The notes under the pieces are model-generated. The model saw only the letters and a program-made list of their open reading frames with translations. It was not told the origin of the DNA and ran no database searches. Shown one piece after another: positions 23,637 to 34,625 of a DNA stretch of 64,000 bases. The stretch lies in the NCBI GenBank assembly GCA_965655095.1, contig OZ296656.1, positions 15,624,001 through 15,688,000 on the forward strand, given 5' to 3'. The stretch comes from Haplodiscus bocki (taxonomy: Eukaryota). Within the stretch, counting starts at the first letter, position 1. The number at the start of each line of letters is the position of its first letter. The position numbers and the translations under genes were made by a program.

Positions 23637-24570
23637 CAGTTTATTCACTGAATACATCATTTTGCAAGTCACTAAACAGTGAATACACAAATCTCAGGTA
23701 CCTTCCAAGAATCTGACTGCTTATTGAAGCTAGTTAAAGTAAACAAACAGGTAGTTCCAATGACTTCATTAAACTAAAACTTGAACCATACTGCTTAGCT
23801 AAGCATCATCTAAGGGGATAATAATTTTGCCGGTAGGGCTGGGGGAATAACGGACAAAAACCGTATGTATTCAGCGGGACAGATGCCTCTATAAACGGGA
23901 CGCGGGACAATCAGCTATAAAACTGGACGGTCCCGGTGTGAGCGGGACGTCTGGTCAGCCTATCGATGTGCGAGCCCCGCCGGGGGCTTTTCTTTTTTCA
24001 GAGTATCAAATGCTTCCTCGGAATACTTCAAACCTTGGACTGTTCCCGCTAATTTTTGCCCGCGGAATTTATTCAAGGGTTCGATTTTGTCAGCTTTGCT
24101 ACTGTGATCTTTTAATAAATGCCTGACAAATTAGTTGAACTAGATTTTTGTGCGAGGAAGCCTAAAAATAACCCACAAAAATGATTCCCTTTGAGGCGCT
24201 ATAGATGAATGCGAAATTTCATTACGTCTTGTAAATTTAAGTCGCGCATCAACGGTTAAGTCTATTTTAACAAGTTCCTAAGTTGATATTAGTTGAACTG
24301 CTACATTTTTTCAAGTGAACAGAATGAAAGTGTATTTATACTCTGTTGACTTTTTTCGTGGCCTTTTCTGTCTAATTTTGAAGCTTTCAACTTCTATCAT
24401 TCTGATCAATCATAATTTGTTGTCAGAAAATTTCAAGATGCTAACCAATCAGAATTCAACAGAACGCAAAATATGCCCGGTTTTCATCCAATAATCAAAC
24501 AAAACGTTTTCCCCGCCAGTATCCATTGTTTTTCGAATGTTCGATGTTTTTCGTATCTAGTTTTCTTCAG

Positions 24571-25139
24571 GACTGCTTCCCGGCAAACTCCCATACTTTG
24601 AATACTTTGCCGTAAATGAACCCACAATAGCTGAAGCGTACGATGTTGTGTACAAACAAAAAATCCGACCCTGTTTTCCCCCTTCGGCACCTCCTGTAGA
24701 TGCCCCGCCGATTACTACTAACTCCTACATGCAGGATGACGTAGCGAGACAAAAACCGACCACTTTCTGCAAAGTGCAGAGACTGATCGAGGAATGCTGG
24801 AGTCATAATGCATCTGCACGGATCCCTGCTTTGTTGGTTAAGAAGAAACTCGATAAACTGGGAGACGCAGTTGCTGCGGCCAAAAAGGATGTTAGGACGT
24901 TGAGTTTATTCCATCATTCACAGTGCTGCTCAGTTACGATGACAGACCCAACTGGCGCTCTCATGAGTCTGCACTGTAATCACGACGATCAACAAGAGAT
25001 TTGTATTGCAGCTGATTCTGCTCAGGACTGCAAGTGTTGTAATGGCAATAGCAACTGTATTACTGGTGACAGAGATAAACAACACCAGCAACAACAACGA
25101 TGTTTCTATCAGAAGGTGTTCGATGAGACCCTTGCTTAA
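24571..25139 (+). CDS. Last coding exon of the same receptor kinase (subdomains X-XI plus C-terminal tail)
   Basis: Acceptor ttttcttcag ends at 24570. The phase-1 join with 1128 gives RRVKPWG-LLPGKLPYFEYFAVNEPTIAEAYDVVYKQKIRP...ECWSHNASARIPALLVKKKL, matching type I receptor LPYYxxxxxDPSxEEMRKVV...RP and ECWxxxxxARLTALRIKKTL. Stop TAA at 25137-25139. Confidence 0.9.
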
Positions 25140-26079
25140 TAACCAAGTGCACAGTTCTAATTTTCTAGATATAATTAGATCACTCAACCAAGACTTCCTT
25201 CGACCGACTAGTTTTGTTATGGTCCTTTCTGTTATGATATTTACTTGAAATGATAAAACATTGCATCAAACTTGTGTGGCAATTGCAACCTTAAGTATCT
25301 TAATGTTTTGTATGCAGCTGTGCTGTAATGTGCACCTGAAACTGATTACAAAATCCAGATGATAATGATGAATAAGAAAAAGTATGTCGATGAAAAGGAG
25401 GTGCTTTTTCATTTTGTTTTCACACTCTGTTCATTCCACCCGTTGTGAAGTTTAATTTCTATCAACCCCAATTGTGGTCTGAACTGAACTGAACTTATTA
25501 TAGGACATGATAATGATATCAATTTTCTATTTTTTTTCTGATCAAGTATCTTTCTCATTCTCGCCTAGTATGTGTTTGACCTGGTAACCCAATTTGAGCT
25601 GAGTTGAGCTTAGCAATCAATGTGAACTCCTCATTACGTACCTTTCTGCCTCTGTGTGAGTTGCAGAATAAGGCCAGTTTGACTACTACAATAGTGAATT
25701 TAATTAAATGAACTACTCAGCAAAAATTGGCGTTTGTCAACTTCGAAGTTTTGTGAGAGGTTCAGGATAAAAGACTTTTGATAAGAGTACAATTCATTTT
25801 CTTTTTATGAAAATCTGACCAACATTCAAACAGTTTGTGATCCCAATTTTGGACAATTTTCAACATTTTTTCACTTTCCATTTTTTCAGTAGTTAAAAAT
25901 CATAAACAATACATTAAAAATGTATTTTGAAAAATCTATGAAACTTTCGCTGTTGGAAACTTTTGCTTCTTTGGGCCTTGGTTTTCATTGTTTTTTTTTT
26001 GAAATTATTTGAAGAAAGTGGCGCCCAAACTTGCTTAAATTTTGCTGTGGAGTTAAATTAGTTAAAATCAGTACTGTAC

Positions 26080-26433
26080 ATGTGACCATAGAAGCGGTAT
26101 AAGCAAAAAATTTCCAAACTTCCAAATTATATTGGTAAACAAGACGTCGGAACTTTCTTTCAAGTCAACCAATCTCATCTACCAATCATTAGAGTTGACA
26201 CCATCAGGCGGAATCAAAGTGTGAAGTGGCCATGTTAGGCTCAGATTACGAAAGTTGTTTGGAATTGTTTGACCAAAATTATGTAATTTTTATTTGATGT
26301 TCAAAAGAAGTTCCATATTTTCCGATGGTTGATAGCTGAAGCATGAAATTTCTGAAGCATTTTGACGTCTTGTTTACTAACATCAGCCGATTTGGGAGCT
26401 GAAAAATAACATGTTACGGTTATTTTGAGTCAC
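26080..26433. mobile_element. MITE-like element with degenerate inverted repeats
   Basis: gtaaacaagacgtc (~26135) and gacgtcttgtttac (~26365) are perfect inverted copies; outer ends gtgac...gtcac. Confidence 0.45.
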
Positions 26434-27585
26434 CTATTAATATTAATTTTGTGACATTACGGTTTTCTTTGCCTAAAAACTTGGAAAATTTTGAGTTTTT
26501 TCACGTTTATTTACAACAGGTGGCTTTATTACCTCGTTTCTTTTTGAAGATTATCTCTGAAGAAATAAGCTCTTTTTGTTGAGTTAATAATATGGCTGTG
26601 CATTTTGGACCGGTAAAGGCAAAGAGAACCAACTTTAATTTTCATTATACGGTACACAGCATCCGCGTGAAATGTTTTTTTTTTCAATTGCGCCAATTGA
26701 GCTTTTTTCAGTAGAAAATCAGAAAATTGTTGTACAATTTATTATCATAATTATATCGATCTTTGTGGACATAATGTTTAGTTGACATACGGGTTTTATG
26801 TTTGACCGGCCCTGTGCAGGTAGCAACATTGTTGATTGTTTTGATAGTTTAATATTAATAAATAGATGTTAGACAATTAGAAGTAGAGTGATAATTATTT
26901 TTTATTTTATTCTCATGCCCTTTTCACACTTTACCTGAACTAAACCAACTTTCGTTTTTCTTCTCGACTCAATTCATGCATTGTGGAACATTTTGCTCAT
27001 TTTGATTTGCTAGTACAAGATGTGACGTACAGCTAGTCTCGATTATAAGCAACCTGAGTTTGAACGAGGAGCTCGTTGCTTGGAATTTTTTGTTTTCTGA
27101 GCCTCAAAATTGCTTATTGGTGCTTCATTTTGAAAGTTTTGGTCGGGAGTAGAAGCTTTCTAGAGGAAAAGGTTCAAAGCATTTATGGAAGTGATCTAAT
27201 CCAATCCTGTAATGACTGGCGAAAGCGTCAATCAACGAGACACGCGTAAGACGAGAAGAGTTCAGTTCTTTTGGCGATGAACCAATCACGGGACGACTTG
27301 ATTGCGCTGAAGTCATGAGCTGATCATCGTAAATGAAATTTATGTAAATGTTCTGAATTTGTAATTTGCTACCGTTTTTCTAGGCCTAGCTATTCCTTTG
27401 AAATTGCTTACGTTTTTTCATTTTCGCAGCTATCTTGCTAATAAGTTGTTGTCGATAGTGGGAACTGGGTGTACGCAATAGCCGAAAGACACTTAAGACC
27501 AACATGAAAAATGCTAAGATGCCCAGTGTTCTTCAATTTGATTGGCTTAGTGAATATAGCTGAGCTGTTTCAATTATGCAATCAT

Positions 27586-30309
27586 TTTTTAACATATTTT
27601 TGGAAAAGCCGAGGGAAAACCCCTTGCCCGCCCGTTTACCAGTACGTTACCAGGCCTTTTCGCTGACCTGGAGGTTGACAATTATTTCAGCATGACCACC
27701 AGGGTGACATTGCCATACGTAATTGCCACTGTCCAGTTAGGGTGTCTGGGGGTTGCACCCAGTAAAAAACACTCAGGTTGGCATCTTGTGTCACGTGGCC
27801 GTTTGAACCACGACCTGACAGCGCCTCTAGTCATTACGTCAAATGCCTTTGACCTACGAGTGTTTCCACCCGCGAAAATCAAGCTATGCAAGATTTTCGG
27901 CACCAAGAAGTGCTTCAAAAGGAAAACCATTCGCTGCGGCTTCAAAGGAGCTTCAGTTAAAGCATCAAGACCACCCTGGAGCTCCAGATATTTTTTGGAA
28001 TAGCTGAAGCTTATACCCAAACGCTTGGAAGATTTATTTTCATCACGAATGGGCATTAATCGTCCTGGAGTGTTTAAGAAGGGCTTTGTTGCATAAAATA
28101 AACTCTAGCTCTAGTTGTAAATTTCATCGAGAACGCAGCACACTTCTCATTCATTTTCAGGCCATAGCCAGAAGCGACATCCGTGAACTCTAAGCAGAGA
28201 CTGTAAACCTGTTTCCGTCTTAGCAATCAGCTGTATCATCAGCGTAAGCTAGATTATTCAGTGTCCGATCACCAATTCGAAAATCGACTTTGTCCGAGAG
28301 GTTAGCAAAACACAAGTCTAGCGTCATGTTGAACAGAATCGGTGAGAGTGGGTCGCCTTGCCTTACCCCTCTCGTGGGATGGAAAACTTCACTTTTCTGG
28401 CCCTTGAATCATATTCGTGTGGTTGCTTCGTTATTTATATTTTGCACACATGACAGGAATTTGAAAGCAATTTTTTTTTGCTCTCATTGCTGTTATCAGA
28501 GAGTCATGAGCCACAGAATTGAAAGCTTTTTGCAGATCTAGGAAGCATATTGTCAACAATTTTCTCGTTTTTTGCACGGTTTGCACCCACCCCATCAATC
28601 CTTTTGAACACCTTTTGACTCAGAGAAAGGTCAACAGCCCTGTCCAGCCTTGGAGCTAGGATCTTGTGGAAGAGACGAGCAACATGTGAACAGATACTGA
28701 TGGGCCGCTGCTCAAGACCGAATGCATCGTCAATTTTCGGGATCAGAATAGTCCGACCCTAGGTCGTTTCAGATGGCAAACACTCAATATATAACCAGAG
28801 GGTATATTGCGCACAGAGTATTTCTTTGCTCAATTGCTTTGACTTCCAGAAACTTTACTCTGTCGACACCAGAAGCACTCCTCGACATGTTGTTCTGCTC
28901 ACGTTCATTTTCCAAACTTTGAATAGGACGGCACACGATTCGAACTGATTCTGAAGGTATGCTGTCCCCGAACCAACTTCAACGGATTGTCTTCCAATCA
29001 CACATAAAGATGCCATTGAACCAACCTCAACAGGGAATTGTTCCGCAGCAACCGAAGATGCCGACCCGGGCCAATCTCAACAAAATGTTCTTCGACAATG
29101 CCCTCTTGCAGAAAGACCGATCTCCAAGCACTCGTCATCGTGTCGGGGTTGACGGAGTTTGTTTTGTCGACAGACTCTTCAGTCCATCTACGAGAAAGCT
29201 ACCTCTGATGCCCTTCTACGATCTTTTTTTTGTAGATTTCTACCAATCTACCGTGGTATTTCCTCAAATTTTTTGGACTTGCATTCGCTGCTCTTGGAAA
29301 GCCATCTAGGCTTGGGATCCCTTTCGGGTTCCTTTTCTGGCTTGTCAATGCGTTTCGCTATCTCGTTTTAAATAAATACAATCAACCCCTTTTTATCAAC
29401 AAATTCAGGCGAAGGTTCTTCGAACTGATACCAAACAAATATCAGGGTGTCCTCAAGTTCTTTAGTGAGCTCAAGGTATCCGTTCTCCATCTCCGGAGAA
29501 GCTCGAGATATATTTAGCCATGTAGTGGTGAGAACTCGGGTTGAGATGGCTCAAGTCTTCTTAAACCTCTGGGAGGCGAAAAGTTCCTTGAAACTCTCAA
29601 TTGATCGTGAAAGGTTAAACCTCATTCCTTAATCGAGAGGACGTTCCTCGACTCGATACCTCACTCACTTTGCCCAAGATCAAGAGTTTCTGATTGTGAC
29701 GTCAAACTACAAGTAGTTCTTCGTCAGACCGTCGTACCGGGCTTCCAACCCAAGTTTCCATTCGCTTGCATGAGCTAGACGGAGGTGTTGCGGCGTGCCA
29801 ATCGCTCCCTTAGAAGGACCACGACCGCATAAGTCACAAATTTTTCCCTAGCCAACCCGTTTTGCACTATTTGCTAGCTGATTCAGTGGAATCAACTATT
29901 TTCTGGTCATGTTCAGTTTCAAATTTTCTCATCTTAGTGGGTTGCAGGCAGACTCGTCCTTTTGAAAGACTTATCCTTGCCGTTAGTCGGACTAAACCAC
30001 TTAGGGGTTACAGGTAGGTTTGCCCTTAACTCTAACCACAAGAAGGTGGCAGTAGGAGTGCCGATCCAAGCGCATCACGAGGTCTATTATTTCATGCTGA
30101 TCCGATCCTCGAAGTTCAACGGTTTCAACCAAGAATCATCAACTCCGCAATCATGAGTACCACTAACTGCCAAGGCACAGCCAACGATCAGTAGCAGATC
30201 CCTATAGTAGGTGTAACACTACAGTTGAGGACCCGCCAATGAACAATAGCGCTTCTCAATTAGCCCATGAGTACCACTGAGGTATCGCGTCTGCACTTAA
30301 AAGAGTCAT
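27586..30309 (-). mobile_element. Degenerate R2-clade non-LTR retrotransposon lacking the endonuclease domain, outside rDNA
   Basis: Minus strand shows a C2H2 finger (CDLCGR...QHLRLAH) and Myb-like SDEEL, then RPISICSHVARLFHKILAPRL, FLDLQKAFNSVAH, RGVRQGDPLSPILFN, YADD (28235-28246) and APLKPQ...LVPKILH. There are many frameshifts and stops. A 28S-like leader sits at the 5' end; the 3' boundary is approximate. Confidence 0.85.
29978..30307 (-). ncRNA. HDV-like self-cleaving ribozyme of R2 (probably decayed)
   Basis: P1 GACUCU / AGAGUU with a G-U first pair; P2 UGCC / GGCA; P3 ACC / GGU around loop UUCUUGU; P4 AAACC / GGUUU; J4/2 CUAA; long J1/2. Confidence 0.7.
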
Positions 30310-33300
30310 TAAGAGCTTTCGCGACCCATTTCCGCCGGTGCCGTTCAACTAGCCGAGCGCTCAATAAACCGACTGCTGTTGTATGTGAAAATTACATTGC
30401 GCGTAAATGACTTCTGCATTGTGTTTAATCCAATTTTATGGACCTATCTTCAAGTAAATAGTATGAAATTTGAACAAGATGCCCGAATAACAACTCCAGA
30501 ATATTTTTGCGCATCTCAATTTTGGTCAAAATTTTGAAGGAAAAAATAGGAAAGTAAGTTTTGTGATAAAACCTCGTAGGGTAAGCATAAGGTCTATTGC
30601 TTGAAAATTTTCTTCGATTTTTGTCGAATTGACGGTAGAACGAGTGACGGGACCGCAAATGAAATTAGGAGCAAGTATGAAAATATGGCTACGCCTACTT
30701 TCTGAGAACTACTTTATGTGAACTTAATTCATTCTTATTCTCTTTTGCTTGTGAAGAAAAGTTCTTTACTTTCGTTCATTTCTTAGTGGGGATGATAAGC
30801 TATTGAATTTGCTTCCAAGCGGGTTGATGGTTTTAATTTTTCTCTGACATTTGTTTTCGCTTGATACTTTTCAAAGTCAGTCACTTCTCGTAAATTAAGC
30901 ACCATTTTACTTCTTCGGCAAAAAGCGATTAGCTTCAGGCCTATAGACTTTACTTTTTTCTTCATACTTCGCAGATCGATTCGTGACATGTTGCCTGAGA
31001 GATTAGGGTGTGAACATAAATAGCGAGTACAGTAACTTCATTCTAATTCTTAACGAATGAACGGGAATCTCGATTTACTTTTGTTCACTCTGAACAGTAT
31101 TCTAATTGTTTGAATTTTTCACTGTAATTCATCAATTTTATTTGCATTTTGTTCTGCTTCTTCAAAATTATTTCATCCGCATCAAATTGGCTCAATTCTA
31201 TTTTTTCCACGATAATTTCTTAACGGTTATTACCAAGCATTATTGATGACCGTCTTTTTCATGGTGGAAAACTAGTCAGTATTGGTGTTGAATTATAATA
31301 GTTCAATCCGTTTTATGATGAAAAATACCGACTAAACCGAGGAGTTGATTTGCAGCAGTAAAATACCTCAGCTTAAATAATTTAAGGTAGAAAATGAAAC
31401 ATCAAAAATTTGTTTTCAAATCCAAATTTATAAACGTATAATTAATTAAAAATACATTAAAATGTGAATGAGACCCTTGACTAACTCCTGGATGTTTTTT
31501 GGCCGCCCAAATTTGCTAAAAAAAAGCGTTGAATGGGAAATCGGGAAGTGCGTATTTCGAAAAAAAACGTTCATTTCAAAAACAACCCTAAGTTTCGTGC
31601 AGAAGGGATTTTTAGAACGACACACGTTTTATACGCATTGTACACCAAATTTAGTAAAATTAAGCCTTCAGTCTTGCGAACTGTGCAATCGCAGATTTTA
31701 TATGGAAAAACCCTGAATGTTGAATGATATTTCTTCCATATGTGAAATATAGCGGAAAATAGCTAGTAGGTAATCGCTCTCCCGAGGATAGGCAATTTAG
31801 ATTAGGCTCTTTCGTCATTGCCATTGTGTGCGGCGAATGGATGCAAAAATCAGCTTCACTTTTTCGCAGAGCTGTCGACAGGAATTGTTAATCCTTTTAT
31901 GAAGTGCCAGTAGAGATTGTTGTACAATATTTATAACTCAGATAGTACAGCAGACGGAGACTGTGGCATATCTCAGCGGTAGTAACAAATGCTTATAAAG
32001 TTGAAAGTTGCCTTGTTTACAATCTGGTGACACTGATCTACAATTGTCCGTTAGATTAAATTTGTTTTGATTTTTACACGACAACTCGTTACAATCATTA
32101 TCGGTAGGGTCCGTGCGCATTCACACTGTGTACAAACCGTACGTTGTTGTCTCAAGTACTTTGGCTGTTTTTGAAGAACCTTCAATGTTATCGTGCTGTT
32201 CATGTGCTATGTTACTTCACGAATTGACACATACACTCGGTGGTCCTTCAGGCAAACCCTTGGTTATGTAGTCCCCGAGGCCTTTGCGGTTTAATGCACA
32301 AAAGTGACATTTGTAGCTAGTTGGCGTGACTCTGCTGAGTGCTTTATTGTAGTAGTTGTACTTTGTTCTCTCGCATACGTGCTCCTCTCTTTAAATGTTA
32401 GATCATGTTTCTTTCGTAGGTTGGAAAGTGATTTAAAATTTCAAACCAAATTGCTGCATCGACTTGAACATATGGTGAACATGCCAATTTTTAGTGTCAT
32501 CGTCAAATGTGTAAAAAGTACGCTGCATGGCAGAAAAGGCCAAATTAGAGGTTATGTTAACAAAATTGTGGTATGTTTAGTTTGCTGTTCTTGAGAGAAA
32601 ACAGCTCGCTTTCATGGTCTACACATTTATATGGGATTACTGAGTTTTCAAGTCTACTGAACCGTGATGTCTGCAAAAAGTAGATACTACATGTGCATAA
32701 TTCAGCTCTTTTCTTGACTAGATTTGAGATCAGTTTAACATGCTGGGGATCGAAATTTACTCAAACTGGGTGAATTGTGCGCTTAGTTTGATGAACTTAT
32801 CAGTCAAAAAATTCTAACTTTTTGGGACAAATTAGTGAAAAATTCAGTCATCAAAAATCGAAAGAACCGGGTCAACGAAAGAAATCTTAACTGATGCTCT
32901 TTGATTAACATTGTTATCCAAAAAAGCCTTTTTTTCGATTTAAAAGGAAGCAAGAAATCTAGAGAAATCCTTTAAATTTTTTATGTTTTTCACAGAAGCA
33001 TAAAATCGACCAATATTTGCAGATTTGACCTGATCAGATAACCATTATAAAAGGAATTTTGATCAAATTTTTTGATTGAATTGTTTTTAATCGCGTTGTC
33101 AACAACTTTTTAGATCGGGAAATTTTTGTCTTGGGTTAATTCGGCATATAATGCGGTTTAAAATGTGAAAATTTAAAATTTTTTGATTTGTTAAGAACAA
33201 ACTGAATGATTTCAATGAAAATAGTTTATATATAAAAACTAAATGCGAAAAAATCATTCAAACTATCCCTCAATTGAACATCACTGCTCTCTCATATAGC

Positions 33301-33999
33301 TCGCAATCACAGCCTTTGACAATTTCCCCTCCTCAAAAAGCGAACTACCGGGTTCTTACGGAAGTCCAATCTTGAGGTGATAAATAAAAAGTGAGTTTCC
33401 TTCATTATTAGTTTTGTCAAGCTTACCCCACTAGTGAGTGTTATATAATTTGACCGAAATCATTTCACAATTTACTAACGGTTGAAAATTCCCGAAAGTG
33501 CACATGTTTTTTTTATCGCGTTACAGAGAACGCTCAAACCTCAGAAAAGACGCTATTTCCTAAATTAAAGTTAACGAAAGAGTTAAACTAACCTCAAGAA
33601 CTTTCGGTGATAAATGAAGACCTCGAGAATTTGTAATTCTCAGATAAATACCCGAAGTGATTAATGCAGTTTGTTTATTTGCTATTTAAACTTGACTTGC
33701 GAAATTTACGAGATTACGAAAGAATTAATATTTGACTTACCCGGATGGCAGACTGAACTTAAGAAACGCGGTTGGGCGAAACAAACAAAAGTCCCTGGCA
33801 GGCAGGGAACGGGGGATAGATAAGTTGGACAAATTGGCTACAAGGTTGATATGAAAGTTTACAAATAAATATTGGTAGACTTTACGACGGCAAGATTAAA
33901 TTGACTGAGAGCTCGTTTTACGAAGTTGAAATTGCACAATTTCAAGATTTAATTTTACAAAAATGAAAAATTATAATTCGCCCACCCTAGCGGGATTTT

Positions 34000-34055
34000 C
34001 CTATTGGTTGCATGATCGACATGCTCGGTCACGTGACCAAACGGGGTATAAATAC
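34000..34055 (+). promoter_or_regulatory. LTR promoter: inverted CCAAT, palindromic E-box GGTCACGTGACC and TATAAA
   Basis: cctattgg at ~34000, ggtcacgtgacc at 34027-34038, gtataaata at 34046-34054. Confidence 0.65.
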
Positions 34056-34184
34056 CCACCGCTCAGCCACAAATTTCAGAAGCTCGCTCCCGCTCACTTG
34101 CCTTATTACCCGAGGCGAAACTCTTTTACCCTAAACTTCTCTTCTCTTCTTACTTTACCAATTCCCCTCTTCTTTTGGAGCGAG

Positions 34185-34625
34185 CGAAAATATTCTAAGA
34201 CAAATCCAAATTGTGTCTTAGTAAAATTCCAATTGCATCTTATCGAGAATATTCTAAGACAATTCCAAATTGTGTCTCAGCCAAATTCCAATTGCATTTT
34301 ACCGAAAATATTCTAAGACAATTCCAAATTGTGTGTTAGTAAAATTCCAGTTGCATCTTATCGAAAATATTCTCCGACAATTCCAAATTGTGTCTTAGCC
34401 AAATTCCAATTGCATCTTACTGAAAATATTCTAAGGCAATTCCAAATTGTGTCTTAGTAAAATTCCAATTGCATCTTATCGAAAATATTCTAAGACAATT
34501 CCAAATAGTGTCGTAGTCAAATTCCGATTGCATCTTACCGAAAATATTCTAAGACAATTCCAAATTGTGTCTTAGCCAAATTCCAATTGCATCTTATCGA
34601 AAATATTTTAAAAGAATTTCAAATT
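34185..34625. repeat. 59-bp tandem array (7 units plus a partial); second copy at 40402-40842
   Basis: Unit cgaaaatattctaagacaattccaaattgtgtcttagccaaattccaattgcatcttac. Confidence 0.95.

Larger units (their letters stand above)
1129..24570 (+). other. ~23.4 kb GT-AG intron filled with transposable elements
   Basis: Donor and acceptor are phase-compatible, and the joined protein is colinear with known receptors with no missing segment. Confidence 0.8.

Noticed and set aside
30296-30309. 28S rRNA gene
   Set aside because: Only ~14 nt match; the flanks are not rDNA.
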